Assembly: GCF_002571385.2 (NCBI RefSeq)
Contig: NW_019217790.1
Location: 1,003,242 to 1,067,241, forward strand
Length of the DNA: 64,000 nucleotides
Origin: Stylophora pistillata
Lineage: Eukaryota
Reading direction: 5' to 3'
Part shown: piece by piece, positions 23,038-35,510 of the stretch
How the letters are laid out: each line of letters begins with the position of its first letter
Numbering within the stretch: the stretch's first letter is position 1
Position numbers and translations under genes: made by a program
Notes under the pieces: model-generated
Database searches by the model: none
The model's input: the letters and a program-made list of their open reading frames with translations, nothing else
What the model was told of the DNA's origin: nothing

Positions 23038-26000
23038 ATCGAAAATCAAGTATATCTGACGTATATCCCATTTTTAAAATTAAAGTAGATGAAAGTATCT
23101 CGTTTTATTATTCGTCGCCTTAGCGTTTCAGTCGAGCCAGTTTCAGAAATGTATATTTGCGTTGTGTTTGATTGGGTATCAATATTTTCCGAAGTATTTA
23201 CGAAGGAATTGTAAAACAGAGATCTTACGTTAAGCCATTAACGCAAACAAGCTAATTTTCTCTTAGTTGGATGTGATATTTATCAATTTTCAAACTTATT
23301 AAACGAATGCAGTTGTCCTCAATTCCCACGCGTCAGTTCATAAAGCAGAGTTTGAAAAGAAAACCTCATTTCTAACCAGAGTTCATGACGCCAAAGTCAA
23401 ATGAATGTAAATGCGTGCGTGCACATACGTTAAATTTTTAAGAACAGCTCACGCTTTGTACTCCGCCCTAACTAAGTGTCGCAGTTGGTCGGCAAATGTA
23501 ACCTATATTTTTCTATTCTTTGTATTTTGTAAGGGGACAAATGTCAATTGGGGCTCGCCCTGTATTTTTCTCCTGCCAGTATATTTTTGTTTATTTATTG
23601 CGTGTCTCTGTTCATGTATTGACATGTAAATTGTATTTTTCAGTGGCAAATTTCAATAAACTAAACTAAACTAAATTTTTAATTCGGAATCTTTTATGAC
23701 TATTCACTATTTGCGTTCGCAAAAATCATTACATCCGCCGCTCTTATTAGAATGCTAGAACAATCATGGCTGAGACCCTTCAACCAAGTATCGTGAACCT
23801 GTGCATCATTTAAAAACGCGATAGCATTCTGTATCGTTGCCATAAATACACAACACGAGATGTTGATTAATTTTTTATTATGGAGTATCAATCAATTTCT
23901 ATTACTTCAGTCCACTGTTTGGCATTTTATGTCAGTAACTTGATCAAAAAACGCCCCCGTGCGAATCTTCCCTTTTCGTACAGAGTTAATGACGTGTTTA
24001 ATTCTAATTCATTTCCTCAGCGAATGATGCAAACAGCGACCTTTAGTGGGTGTTTTCCAGCTGACATGTATGCAACAAGCAAGGTTTAATTACATTTGTT
24101 GTATTTTTACACCAATCCTCTGACGTTAAGCCATTGTAATTTGCCGCTTTGTTGTTTCCATGTTGTTCCCATGCATATTTCTGAAATAAAGCCATATTCT
24201 TTGCTAGAAATGACTCGCTGCGACCGCCCAAAAATTTGCTATCTAGGAGCGATACTGATATTAAGATCTATATGGCGCGTTTCCTGCCTAACCGGAGAAG
24301 TGAAATAAATAGCTTTCATTGTTACTAATTAAGCTTTAGGTCGCCGTTGTAAATTGCTTTTAAACGTAGTAAAATGAAAAATTCATTTCATCAGATAAAT
24401 CATTCCTTAATGTACAGAAGCGGTTTGGCGGTGTGTTTGGTAAAAAAAATAATGATAAAATGAGTCATGATAGTGAAAAGAGTACAGTACCAAGAAAAAA
24501 CAGTGCTCACCACGCTAGCTCAGCTGCGAATTATCGATAATAAACAGACCAAAGGTTCCTTTCGTTTTCACCATGTCTTGCTGTGAGAAATTGGAATAAA
24601 AAAGTAGCATGGAAGTGAAATTTTGACACCAACGTCGTCGAATAGCGCTCAAGTAACTAAGTAAATCGTCATGTGTACTTTTGAAAAGAGCTGCTTTTTA
24701 CGATGAACATTTCGCCGCAAACTGCAGCAAGTAATGAAATTTCAGGGCGGGAGTTTTAATAGACGTAAGATGGGATCTGAGAACCAAACCATTAAGAACA
24801 ACACCTGCTGGGCACGAACAAATATGATTCAATTGTTCCACTACCAAGGTTTACATGCATAATGATGAGTTCACAAATAAAGGTGTTTGGATTGGAGAGG
24901 CGAATAATTGATAAAAGCAGCGAACTGTGCCAGGAGTTAGGCAGTGAAAAGTTTACCTTGGGTTCGGCTTGTGTCACTTGTCAGAAATATACGGTCTATT
25001 TTGAAAACGAATTTAAGGTGAGAATTACACGCGTTTGTAAGCCAAAGGAGCAAGGTTTGCCGGACTTATAATTGCTGTAGTTGCTCTGGAACAATCGGAT
25101 ATATAAAGGAGTCGTGTAAATGAGTTTTGTAGGTAAAATTTATTGCACTCTGAACGTTTGTCGGTGCTTCTTTTCATGGCATCGGGAATAGCTAGTACTT
25201 TTAATCATTTATCTATAATTCATGAGTCAATACCAAACGACCTGTAGAATTACATTTTTTTAAAGGTGTTCATGTTTTCTTGGCAGGTAAGTTTCATCAT
25301 CAAACCTAGAAGTCTGATGCTTTATCAGTGCGAATATATGACTTCATTTAAGGTATACCCGGTGTCATTACAACTCGGAGAAGACGGTATCTTACGAAAT
25401 CAAACTCTAGTGAAATGAAGGAAAGATGATTTATTGGCCGTGCATTAATGCGCGACAACTGTTGGTGTTGACGGTAGAAATGAAGTTTATTTTCCAGCTG
25501 AGTGAAGGCAGAATTTGAATGTATTTAGATGACATTTCGGTGTTATTTAAAACTTACTTTTGGTTTCGATTCATTGTTGGTTTCGACTGCGTTTGTTATC
25601 TCCAGCTGCTACAATACTGATGCCTTTTGTTTCTCCAGTAAGACACCAGTCGAAAAACTCTTAAGTTAGATGTTAAACGCAGGGGGCATTTTATAGTTTT
25701 ATTTCATTTGCTATTTGCATTTGTTCTCTCTAAAAGGAACAGTAATCTAATTTCAATTCCAAGTTCTACTCTAGGTAGAAAGTGCAACGTCAAACAAAAA
25801 GTTTCGTCTTCCCGTTTACGAGTCATTTTAAAATAGATTTGGTATTGATTCTCGATCAATTTGTTGAACCGGCCGTTTAAGCGATATCATGTTATTTTCT
25901 GTACGTGAAGTTTCGTAGTACTTACTAAAGATTTTGATGTTTACTACCCGTCATTATAAAAGTAATCGGGACCTGGACGTGTCTTGGACGTTTTTCTCCG

Positions 26001-29000
26001 TTTTTTTGTCAAGCACTTACACATTGATTATACAAAGGTGTTTTATCTCTCTTCTTCCTTCTTTGCCCACGACAATTTTTATTTGTCATACGAGAAAAGA
26101 ACTTTTGTCGGCCCTTAAGAGTTTTTCTCTCTTTAAGATGTGTCATAGCATAACTTATCCGAAGGTCATTACCGTTAGCAGGTGAATCAACATCAAAACA
26201 CAGCAAGAATCGATATGTGTTAATGCTTTTTTTTTTTAGACAGAACTCTTTCCAAACTTTTCATCGAAATTTTCAACCACAAGTCAGTTGGAGGGAAATA
26301 TCCTGATCGGGGAAATACAAAAGCTGTTTCGAACTATTGGAAATTGGAAAAAGTCTAGCCGAAATTAACAAAGGACAAACTATTAAGAAATGGTTTATTT
26401 ACTTGACAGGTCAGTTTGACTATGTGATAGACATGTTCTTTTAAGTTTGACAAGATTATCGAGAATAAAGATATACACGCATAGCTTGAACGATTTGAAC
26501 TACAAATTACAATGACGTTTGGACAAACAGCTGATATCCACTGCGCGAAAAATGAGTTTTTAGACGTTAATCACGACTCTTTTTTATTGTGGCTCTTTGG
26601 AGAACCATACAGAGCAATTAATGATTTAAATATTACTTTTAAACCAAGTGACTGCTAGTAACCTCACCTCATTTTCTACAAGAGCTCGTGTTCGGCAAAA
26701 TTTCAAATGAATTAACTTGTATTTTAAACTGGAAATGACTGGGAATGAAGAAAACTATTATTGGCAACAACGCCATAGCATAGAGCTCATTATCGTAAAC
26801 ACTTTTAAAAGCCTTTGAAGAGTGTTCTTAAATCTGTCAATGAACTGGTACTGGCACACTCAATTATTACTTTGCGAGTGACCACGTTGTCCGCTTTCAT
26901 TTTCAATAATTACATTGAAAAATAGAACATTTGAGTGAGTGAAACAGTCGAACGGAACAAAAGAAAAAGAGCGGCATTTCAGTCTTGGATCGTTTGGAAA
27001 TTAAGGAGTCTGCAGACTTTTCATAATAACACAAGGGACTTATAAAGCTATTCAACATGTGAAGTGTTGTACCTAACCTCTTCCTTTTTGTTGTTGTTGT
27101 TGTTGTTTTTTTTTAAGGTGATGTAGAACAAGACTCAAGGTTATGCAAGTCAATAATGAACGCATGCCGTTCAACTTTTTTAAATTTCTGAGAATTAATG
27201 TTAGCCATACCATACTATCCAAAGGGAATATTCTCTCTGAATTATATTTAAACAATATGCAACAGTTCATATATCAAGTTAAGATCAAAAGAACTTTAAT
27301 TCTCAAAGACACCAAGCTCGTTGCAGAATATTTTCCACTTTAAGTCTCCACTGTGGCGACATTATCAACCATATTCTTTAAAAAACAAAAACAAAAACAA
27401 AAAAACCGTGGGCTCTGATCAAAACCATCAGCCTTTCCATTTCTGGTTTATAACATGTCTCATGGTTTTCTGTAATGAGAATGTCTTTGGTAATGGTAAT
27501 GCTGAAGTTGAAGGCATAAAAATATTTCATATCTGGTGACTCGAGTATGGTCGTAAAAATTGGTAAGGACTGGACTGTTGAATCGTTTGGAACGCAAGAA
27601 CATGAGCGATCACATAAAAAACAAGGTTATTTGTACGATTCGTTAAGTTTACGTATAGTCGAAAATACTGCTCACATGTATCGATGGCGCAGTTTCCCAT
27701 GCCATATGCGTTGTTGGTATTTTTTTTGGTCGGTTTTGAAAAGCAATAAGTCCAATAACTTCGAATCATTTGATAGATGTATGAAAATAGTTGTAGTCGT
27801 TTTTACCTTACTAAGATTCTGGACGCATACGAGTTATTGTGTTTATTACGGCAAGCGTAGCTGGCCCCTACAGTTTTCATTGTGAACGAGTTGGTTCTAT
27901 CTTAAGGTATTGCTTTACAAAAAAAAAACGTTGAATTTTTTTCTGTTCCGACCTTCGAGCAGAATACAGATCCCAGAAAGTAGCCGTCAAAACATTTAAA
28001 ATCAAAAGAGAAATGTGTGAGTTGTCACGCGCTACGTGGAATGTGTGACAAGTGACTAACCTTTCGTTTTCATGATAGATATTTGTACTCAACATTGTAA
28101 CATTTACACCGGCATTCTATTGCCAGAGAAGCGAGCGGTTGCGAATTCTTTTTCCAATCCGTCTAAATGAGATTGCATTCAGCGTATCGGATTATTCTTC
28201 AAAGGTAATGACTTCGCAGGTTTTCTTTGGGAGCTATACGAGCTCTGAGCTTTTTCTAAACTGCTAACTAGTAAGACCTGATAGCGCATGCACAGACTCA
28301 TCAAAGCTTCAGGGGTGAAGATCAACGTAAATCTCAATAAAACCTCGGTAAGGGACGCACACAAATTACTTTAAAAAAATTAATTTACTTAAGATTTAGA
28401 CACGATGTCCAGGCCAAGATGATGGAAATGACTCGCTTCAATCATGAATGGCCGATACCTTCGGCTTTTTAAACGAACAAGAAGCATACACCAGGTTGTA
28501 CGCTTCTGACCAAATTAAATTTACAAAGTGTTATCAGTCAGAGAGAGTTCAATTTCCACTGAGTACGTTACTAAAACAAATTAGTTTTGCGAATCATATT
28601 GAACTTTGGTCAGAGCTCTTGTTTGATATCTTGGTTATTCAGCACAGATACCACACTGAGATAACAGTTCAATTTTTTTAACTGTCTTTGATTTAACAGC
28701 TCACAACTCACATCCTCTCTTTCTCTTGGATAAACACGTTCCTTATCAGGGGAGAATAAAAACCCATCAGTTGGACATTTCACCAAGTGCTATTACAATA
28801 AAGACGTGTATGTATTCAAAAAATACGTTACTTTACTCTGTTTATCAGTTTCGTAAATGCATTACCGCTTATTTACTGATGTTCGTCCACTGTTAAATTT
28901 TCATTCTTTTTCCTTTTCTCGTTGTAAATTTTACCGATACTCTATCAGATAGCTGTAATGTTATGCACAGTATTTCGGTTCCTTTTTCTCAGTGGTTCTC

Positions 29001-30845
29001 GGTGCAATTGACCAGAAAATGATCTAAAATAAACGAGAACTGAGCTGATAAGATAATCCTCGGCTTCCGCCCCTAAAATTTGTATTACATTTCTCTCTAC
29101 TTTATGCGTTGCGTTAGTTCCAACTTCGATAAGTAAGATGTTCCTGCGAAGTTCTATATTCCCCTAAAATCGTGCGAGTAAGAAATTTCACCGAAATGAG
29201 AAAGTAATGTGGATTGTTATCATAGTCATTTACGTGGTTTGAAAGTACGAATGAATAAATGATTGAATGGAAGCATGAAATCAAATAAATTAAAACACCC
29301 TCAGTATTTTTCATGGAATAGCGAGTGTTGCGAAAATGTTGTCTTAGGTCAGTTTCAGTTATAATTTTGCTTTCACAAGATGTTTTTGTGATTGTAATTT
29401 ATGGAATGTTTAGAAACCTTTATCTAGAAATTTAATGTCAGTTAGGAAAAATGAATTCTTAATTGAACTTTGTGTCTCCTCGACATTTTTCGATAGGTTC
29501 AAATTACAATTTGTCTCTCGTTCAAAATGCTAATATTACTTAAACTCAGTTCATATAGGCCGAGTCAGTGGTTTTGTGAAAAATCATTTGGAAAAATTAC
29601 GTGGTAGATGTTTAAGAAATACGGTATCGATCACATAATGAAAATGCATTTGACGTTTTCTTTAATTTTGTTTGCATTTTGTGGGGTCAAGTGTCAACCA
29701 CATGCCATCTTCAACCACTTTGTACGGTAACTGGCAGCGGAAACCGTATTAATTAATAAAAATAACACATTTTGCACGTCCTGGTGAATGTAATTACAGT
29801 AAGTGGTCCGACTAACCGAGAGACGGTACACCTACAGTGGGCTAAAAGTGCCGAATGCTGGGGTTCTGTAAGTGATAATTTTGTTTTCCAGGCAACAGAT
29901 AGTTAAACCTTAGACATAATAATTTGTTAGATCTTAATTCCGCTCGATCTTAAATAACGTCCTTAAATGGACAACAAATTCATCCTAAGGACATTACGTA
30001 AGGATAACTCTAAATCAAGATTAAGGATCAAAGCTTCTGAAAATCTCATTGTCCACCGTTGCTTCCGAGTTTGCGGTGGATTTCTGTCTTCTTTTGCTTT
30101 TCACAATTTCGTTACATGGCTGAGCCTTTTTCAGTGATGCTTTAGTATTTATTATCCGCTGACTTCCTTTGCTATGCCACGGCAATTCATCAATTGAGAT
30201 TTTTCTTTGAACCGAAATTGAACCGGCTACTCTCTAATTGAACGCTTCTCTACGAGAGAGACCCTGAAAACTGAGAAATCATTTCGTCGCTTGGGCTCCT
30301 ATCTTTATTGATTTTAAGGAAAAGCAATCAGAGCAGCAGTCAACAATTTTACAAACAAAGCAAACAGAGCTAGAGAAGGCAGATATTTTGCTAGATGAGT
30401 TTTCCTCGTGATCATGTGGCTGTCGTTCACTGTTCTGAGCCGCTCTAGCCATACTCCTAACAGACTTCACTTTCAAAAAAATAAACCCATTCACTTATTA
30501 TGGTGAAAACTTTCATGATCCCAAACACATAAAAGCAGCAGCATTAAGAAAAGAAACGATTGACAAGTAGATGTTCAGTTTGACGAGCAGATGACAGAAG
30601 ATCAGAAAACATAGTGCCTTTAAAAGTTGATTTTGACCATTTTGGATGTAAACTAAACACACCTGTAAACATTTGATGGGAAAACAAACGTGGAAAGTGT
30701 TTTCACTAAGGTTAGGGACTTAATATTTGTAAGTTTTGATTGCGTCTTGGCACAACAAGCATCAATTGGCACGACCTCACCAAAATTCCAATTCGATCTG
30801 GAAACAGTGGACAAGAAGAGCCACCCAGTGGATGTCCATTGCTAA

Positions 30846-30858
30846 ATTATTATTATTA

Positions 30859-30895
<37 letters not shown>
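30846..30895. repeat. (TTA)n microsatellite
   Basis: Read directly from the sequence. Confidence 0.9.
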
Positions 30896-31668
30896 GTTGA
30901 CGAATTCGAAACAGGAATGGATAATCCGTTCAGCTGTCTCTGAGTGACAGCCTCAACATGGCTTCTTTCTTTAGGCTTTTTATTCCGTGCACTATGGTTT
31001 ACAAAGGCCCCTTAAGCTTCTTCAAATGGCGATCGAGATAAACGAATTACCGTATGAAAAAGTAATTAGCGTAACGAGAAAAGACATTCAAATTTTCACT
31101 TTTCTTTTATTACAAAACAAATCTTTTTAAATTTATTAGAGCACTTTTCTAGGACAATCACAAAGTCAAAATAGCTAAGATGAATGCAATTCCGGGCTAA
31201 TTGTTTGGTACTTACTTGAAAATTAATAACTTAGAATTTTAATTCTCCCTTTAACTGATAATGTAATTGAATAAAATACTGTACTGTATTACCACTAAGG
31301 AGCAGACGCATCCATAGGAGCTGGTATAAATTTCCTTCATAGTTTAATATTCATTTCTATTTTTACCTCGGAGGATTTGTTGGACATAACCACTCCGCTC
31401 TACTTTTGAAAAGAAGACGAAGCTTTCAGCTGTTTTCTTGTTACTAGCGCTGGCCCTGAGTGGGAGAAATAAATCTCTTATTTGAACTAAACTAGAATTT
31501 TCCACCATACAGGAAAGGTTTTCGGGACTTTTTTCTCCTAAACACGGTGTGCAAATATGGCGTGACTGATGACCACAGGCGGGCAGCCTGATCTGCATGT
31601 GGGGTTCTGACAGTTTTCTTTATAGATCTCAAAAATACTCTTTATGACTACGTCAATGACGATAAACT

Positions 31669-31817
31669 TAGCCTGCATTAATGAAGGTTTTTTTGGGCGC
31701 GTGGTGGTAATAACGAGGCGGAGCCGAGTCTATAAATCCGTTTTCTGTCCCAAGCCTCTCACGGTCTTGCAACTCACCGCAGCAAATCGCTCATAAAACC
31801 GCAATCTACGCGGGCTT
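31669..31817. mobile_element. Degenerate short MITE
   Basis: agcctgcatta...ggtttttttgggcg versus cgctcataaaacc...ctacgcgggct; imperfect inverted ends. Confidence 0.4.
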
Positions 31818-32589
31818 CGATAGATACCATGATTCTAACACCTCCATCAAACTCTGTAGAGAAAGAGGGAAAGAGTTTACCGCCACAAGAATTGGAGTAA
31901 CACACCAACAGTAAGTCCAATACCAAATGTTAATTTGCTTATTGATGAAAGAAATTGATGGCTCAAAACACAACTAGTGAAAGAAAATTGTGTAATGACG
32001 AGTTCATAGCGCTTAGGCGGTACTCTCCGCCGGCTTGAAAAATATATTTTTAAAAGTACATCGACCAACACAGATCTAGGCATGAATCCGGCGTGTTCCT
32101 TAGAAGAGATCACAAATTTTATGCGGCATTTCCTCTGCAGTTTGGTTGTAATTCCTAGTTCCTATCCTGTACCGGCCTAGAACAAGCTAAGCTAGCAGTA
32201 ATTCTGAGTAATTACTTTTTCAGGCCTTAGACTGAAACAGGGCCTCTAAACTCTGCTGGCTGGATCATGACCAAGGGTATTTTTCAACAAAATAGGCAAA
32301 AGATAAAACAAAAGTGACTTGACGTTAACTCAAAGCTGTGATCATTCCTGGAACCTCAGAGGGATTTTGTAACCGTACACCATTGTTAACTGTTAATATT
32401 AAACTTCCCTAATTTTTGGTCGTCAATATTGCCGATTTCCACTGTATCATAAAGCCATTAAAAGAAATAAAGTCAAGAATCAAAGAGATAAAATAGATGA
32501 AAATCGAAACAGTCTTAGGTCTGTGTGATGTTTGGTGCGTGAGATATTCGAAGAAATGTTTTATTCAAATTTATAAAGCTTTGTATGAA

Positions 32590-33150
32590 GGGGTGTTACG
32601 AAAACGAAGACCCTCGAAAACGAAGACCTAAGACCCGGTCTTCGTTTTCTAACTACGAAAACGAAGACCCAGTAAACAGAAAACCGTAGAAATTACAAGT
32701 TAAACACACATTAAACAGCAACAACGCTTAGTAATAATTATAATACATTACACTTCACACGTTTCTTCTCATTATTATTCGTATTATTATACGGCCCGTC
32801 TTGTCTGTTCTGTTTCGCTATGCGAGCCAATTTCGTGTTGATATTCTCGAGGGTTTCCTCGGGTAAACTTACAACACATATTATTATTCTGGAACAGCAG
32901 GCAGAATTCGAACGTTAGCCGCCTTTGAATTATAGTTAGCATTGCAGAATAACAGAGAAGGCGTACTGTACAGGAAAAATGACTGGTTCTGTCAATAAGT
33001 AATCAATTTCTACTGTATTTCATAGCTAAAATCATTGCTTAAAATAGATTCTGACGGTCGTTCAGCTTTCTCTGCTGGAAAATTCTCGTTAAAAACTAAG
33101 CTACTGCAGGGTCTTCGTTTTCGTAGTACGAAAACGAAGATCCGGGTCTT
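32590..33150. mobile_element. MITE with multiple GAAAACGAAGACC subterminal repeats; right terminus truncated
   Basis: Left end ggggtgttacgaaaacgaagaccctcgaaaacgaagacctaagacccggtcttcgttttc; 33109-33150 is the inverted copy of 32630-32670. Confidence 0.75.
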
Positions 33151-33436
33151 TATGACTTTATGACAAGACAAAAAACCCGATCAAACTGAAAATTTGTAAA
33201 GGATTAGTCTTTATGTAAGATTTGTCTTAATGTAAGATGTTAGTCTTTATGTTAATTTGTAAAAGGATTAGGCTTTATGACAAGACAAAAATGTAAGATG
33301 TAAGATTATGTAATCATTATGTAGGATTAGTCTTTATGTAATATATTAGTCTTTATGTAAATTTGTAAAAGGATTAAGCTTTATGACAAGACAAAAAACC
33401 CGATCAAACTGAAAATTTGTAAAAGGATTAGTCTTA
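33151..33436. repeat. Scrambled mosaic of short local duplications
   Basis: tatgacaagacaaaaaacccgatcaaactgaaaatttgtaaa(a)ggattagtctt occurs twice, with many interleaved fragments (ggattagtctttatgtaa, tgtaagat) between the two copies. Confidence 0.8.
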
Positions 33437-33608
33437 AACTGTTCCATTAACTAACTATTCTAAAATATCGTAAGGATTGATCATTCCTTATTTTTTAATC
33501 GTGATGACGTCACGTGAAAACCAAGAATAAACGTGTCAATATGTTACCGCCTGCAGTGGATACACTCAGTCAGTGGTGCGATTCGTGGATATCGTTAAAT
33601 CGGGGGAT

Positions 33609-33689
33609 CAACCTTTGTTTCCAGAATCTCTCATCTTCCAGCCCCCTTTCCTCGCTCAAGGGGGCGATGAGACTCTGGGAACGAGGTTG
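33609..33689. mobile_element. 81-bp MITE with a 10-bp target-site duplication
   Basis: TIRs caacctttgtttccagaatctc / gagactctgggaacgaggttg, flanked by atcgggggat at 33599-33608 and 33690-33699. Confidence 0.85.
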
Positions 33690-34153
33690 ATCGGGGGATA
33701 TGAAATTGAGATATGAATGATACTCCACTTCTGACTACACTTTGATTCAACTTTCAGGTAATTTACGGTGTGAACTCCATTGGTATACAATGCAAAGTGA
33801 GGAAGGAATCTTAAACATCACTGCTACGGCCACGGGTACAATGATTAGCCCACTCATTACTTATCACTGTCGTGTGCGTGAAAAAAAAAAAAAATCAGTG
33901 AAACTTTACGAACACTGACAGACGAGCGGCACTCTGCCCTAAAGTGTTCGCAGTAATCAGATTACACGAGCAAATTCCACTGTTTACAACGCTTTTCTCT
34001 CGGGTTGCCGAGCAAAAAACTTTTATGGTTTGAGTCAAGAATTCCTAATTTCAAACAGCTTGGTTGCTTCTCGGAATTTCAAAGCGCAGATAGTGTCATA
34101 TTTATACACTTCTTGATGATGACAATTAGCGCTCTTCGGAGCATACTCCAGCT

Positions 34154-34361
34154 TTACCCTTCGACCCTTAAGAGTGAGTAACCTCTTATTTTTCCTTACA
34201 ATATCACCGCTGAATCACGCATTGAGGTCGCGAGAATAAAGGGAATGATCACCAACTAGAGAAACTTTTGGTTGTAAACCAATTTCTCCCTGCCAGCACC
34301 TTAGAAGTATAGAAAACAGTATAAAAGATAGGTATAATGATGTAAGGACGTAAAAGATTGA
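34154..34361 (+). mobile_element. piggyBac-like MITE (~205 bp), degenerate, 25 bp upstream of the GPCR splice acceptor
   Basis: Starts ttacccttcgaccctta and ends taaggacgtaaaagattga (degenerate TTAA-CCCT...AGGG-TTAA); a second partial copy lies at 7101-7211. Confidence 0.55.
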
Positions 34362-34386
34362 TGCTGTGTCGTTTATCACTTCACAG

Positions 34387-35510
34387 AACTGCAAGAGGTG
34401 TCCAATTCGTCCTCCGATCAAATCCCGGGACCTGAACCTAATTCAAGTTTTGTCATCTTCACAACAATTTATGCCGTGATAGTTTTCATCGTTGCTGTGG
34501 TTGGAAACTCCTTAGTGATATACATCGTGAAAACGAGGGAATACATGAGGAACTCCACCAACATACTGATAGCCAATATGGCAATCGCAGACATCTTAAT
34601 GGCATGTTTATTTCCATACATGCTCAGGTGGCTGTATGTCGGAAACGCTTGGTTTGGAACGTTTATGGGGATAGCTCTATGCAAGTTTTTCCATTCTGCT
34701 CAGGTGCTCTCCATCTCGTGTTCTGTTCTAAATCTTGTTTTCATCAGCCTTGATCGATGTTTAGTGATATGGTTTCCACTGAGGCGAATTTTCACTAATA
34801 AAGTCCTGAAGGCGTGTTTGGTAAGCAGTTGGGTTTTCTCAACAGCTTTTGCTATGCCCCTGATTATAATGACCACAGCAAAGAAAGATGAAAATGGAAT
34901 ATATCGTTGTAACGAATATAACTGGCCTACTCATCAGGATAAAATCGACTACGCTACTTCGTTCACAGTTTTATCCTACCTTATTCCTCTTCTAATCATT
35001 ACCATCGCATACATACTCATTGGTGTAAAACTTCAAAAACGGGAGTTGCCAGGTGTTCAAACCTTGGAATATCAAAAGAAAGCCCATGAAACGACGAAAA
35101 AAGCCATAATAATGCTTGTCACGGTGGTTGTCGTATTTGCACTCTGTTGGCTTCCGCTCCAAGCGCGGGAATTCATGCTGAATTATTTTCCTCAGACCAT
35201 CTCGCTCTTTCCGTATGAAGTGGAACTATTTCTACCTTGGATTGGAGTTTTAAACAGTGCAATTAATCCCTGGTTGTATGTTATATTTTCTGAGAATTTT
35301 CGCCGCGAGTTTGGCCGCGTTCTTTGCTGTATGGAAAACACTCGCTCTGATGCTTATTTGGGAATCCCTGCAACACGTGCGACGCCTATGACGACGCCTT
35401 TAATGTCTCGGCGCATGACGACTACGCCTGTTATTGGACGGCGCACTCTGTCAGCCGCTAACGTGCACGAGACGCTTCCTCTGCGACATTTAGCAAACGA
35501 TTCGAAATGA
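34387..35510 (+). CDS. Class A (rhodopsin-like) neuropeptide-type GPCR, main coding exon; start codon not identified
   Basis: Seven hydrophobic segments; GN (TM1), ANMAIAD (TM2), LCK, SLDRC (DRY variant), W in TM4, YLIP, FALCWLP, NSAINPWLY, FSENFRREF helix 8. Splice acceptor tcacag ends at 34386 and there is no ATG before TM1 (the ORF track starts at a GTG). Confidence 0.92.
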
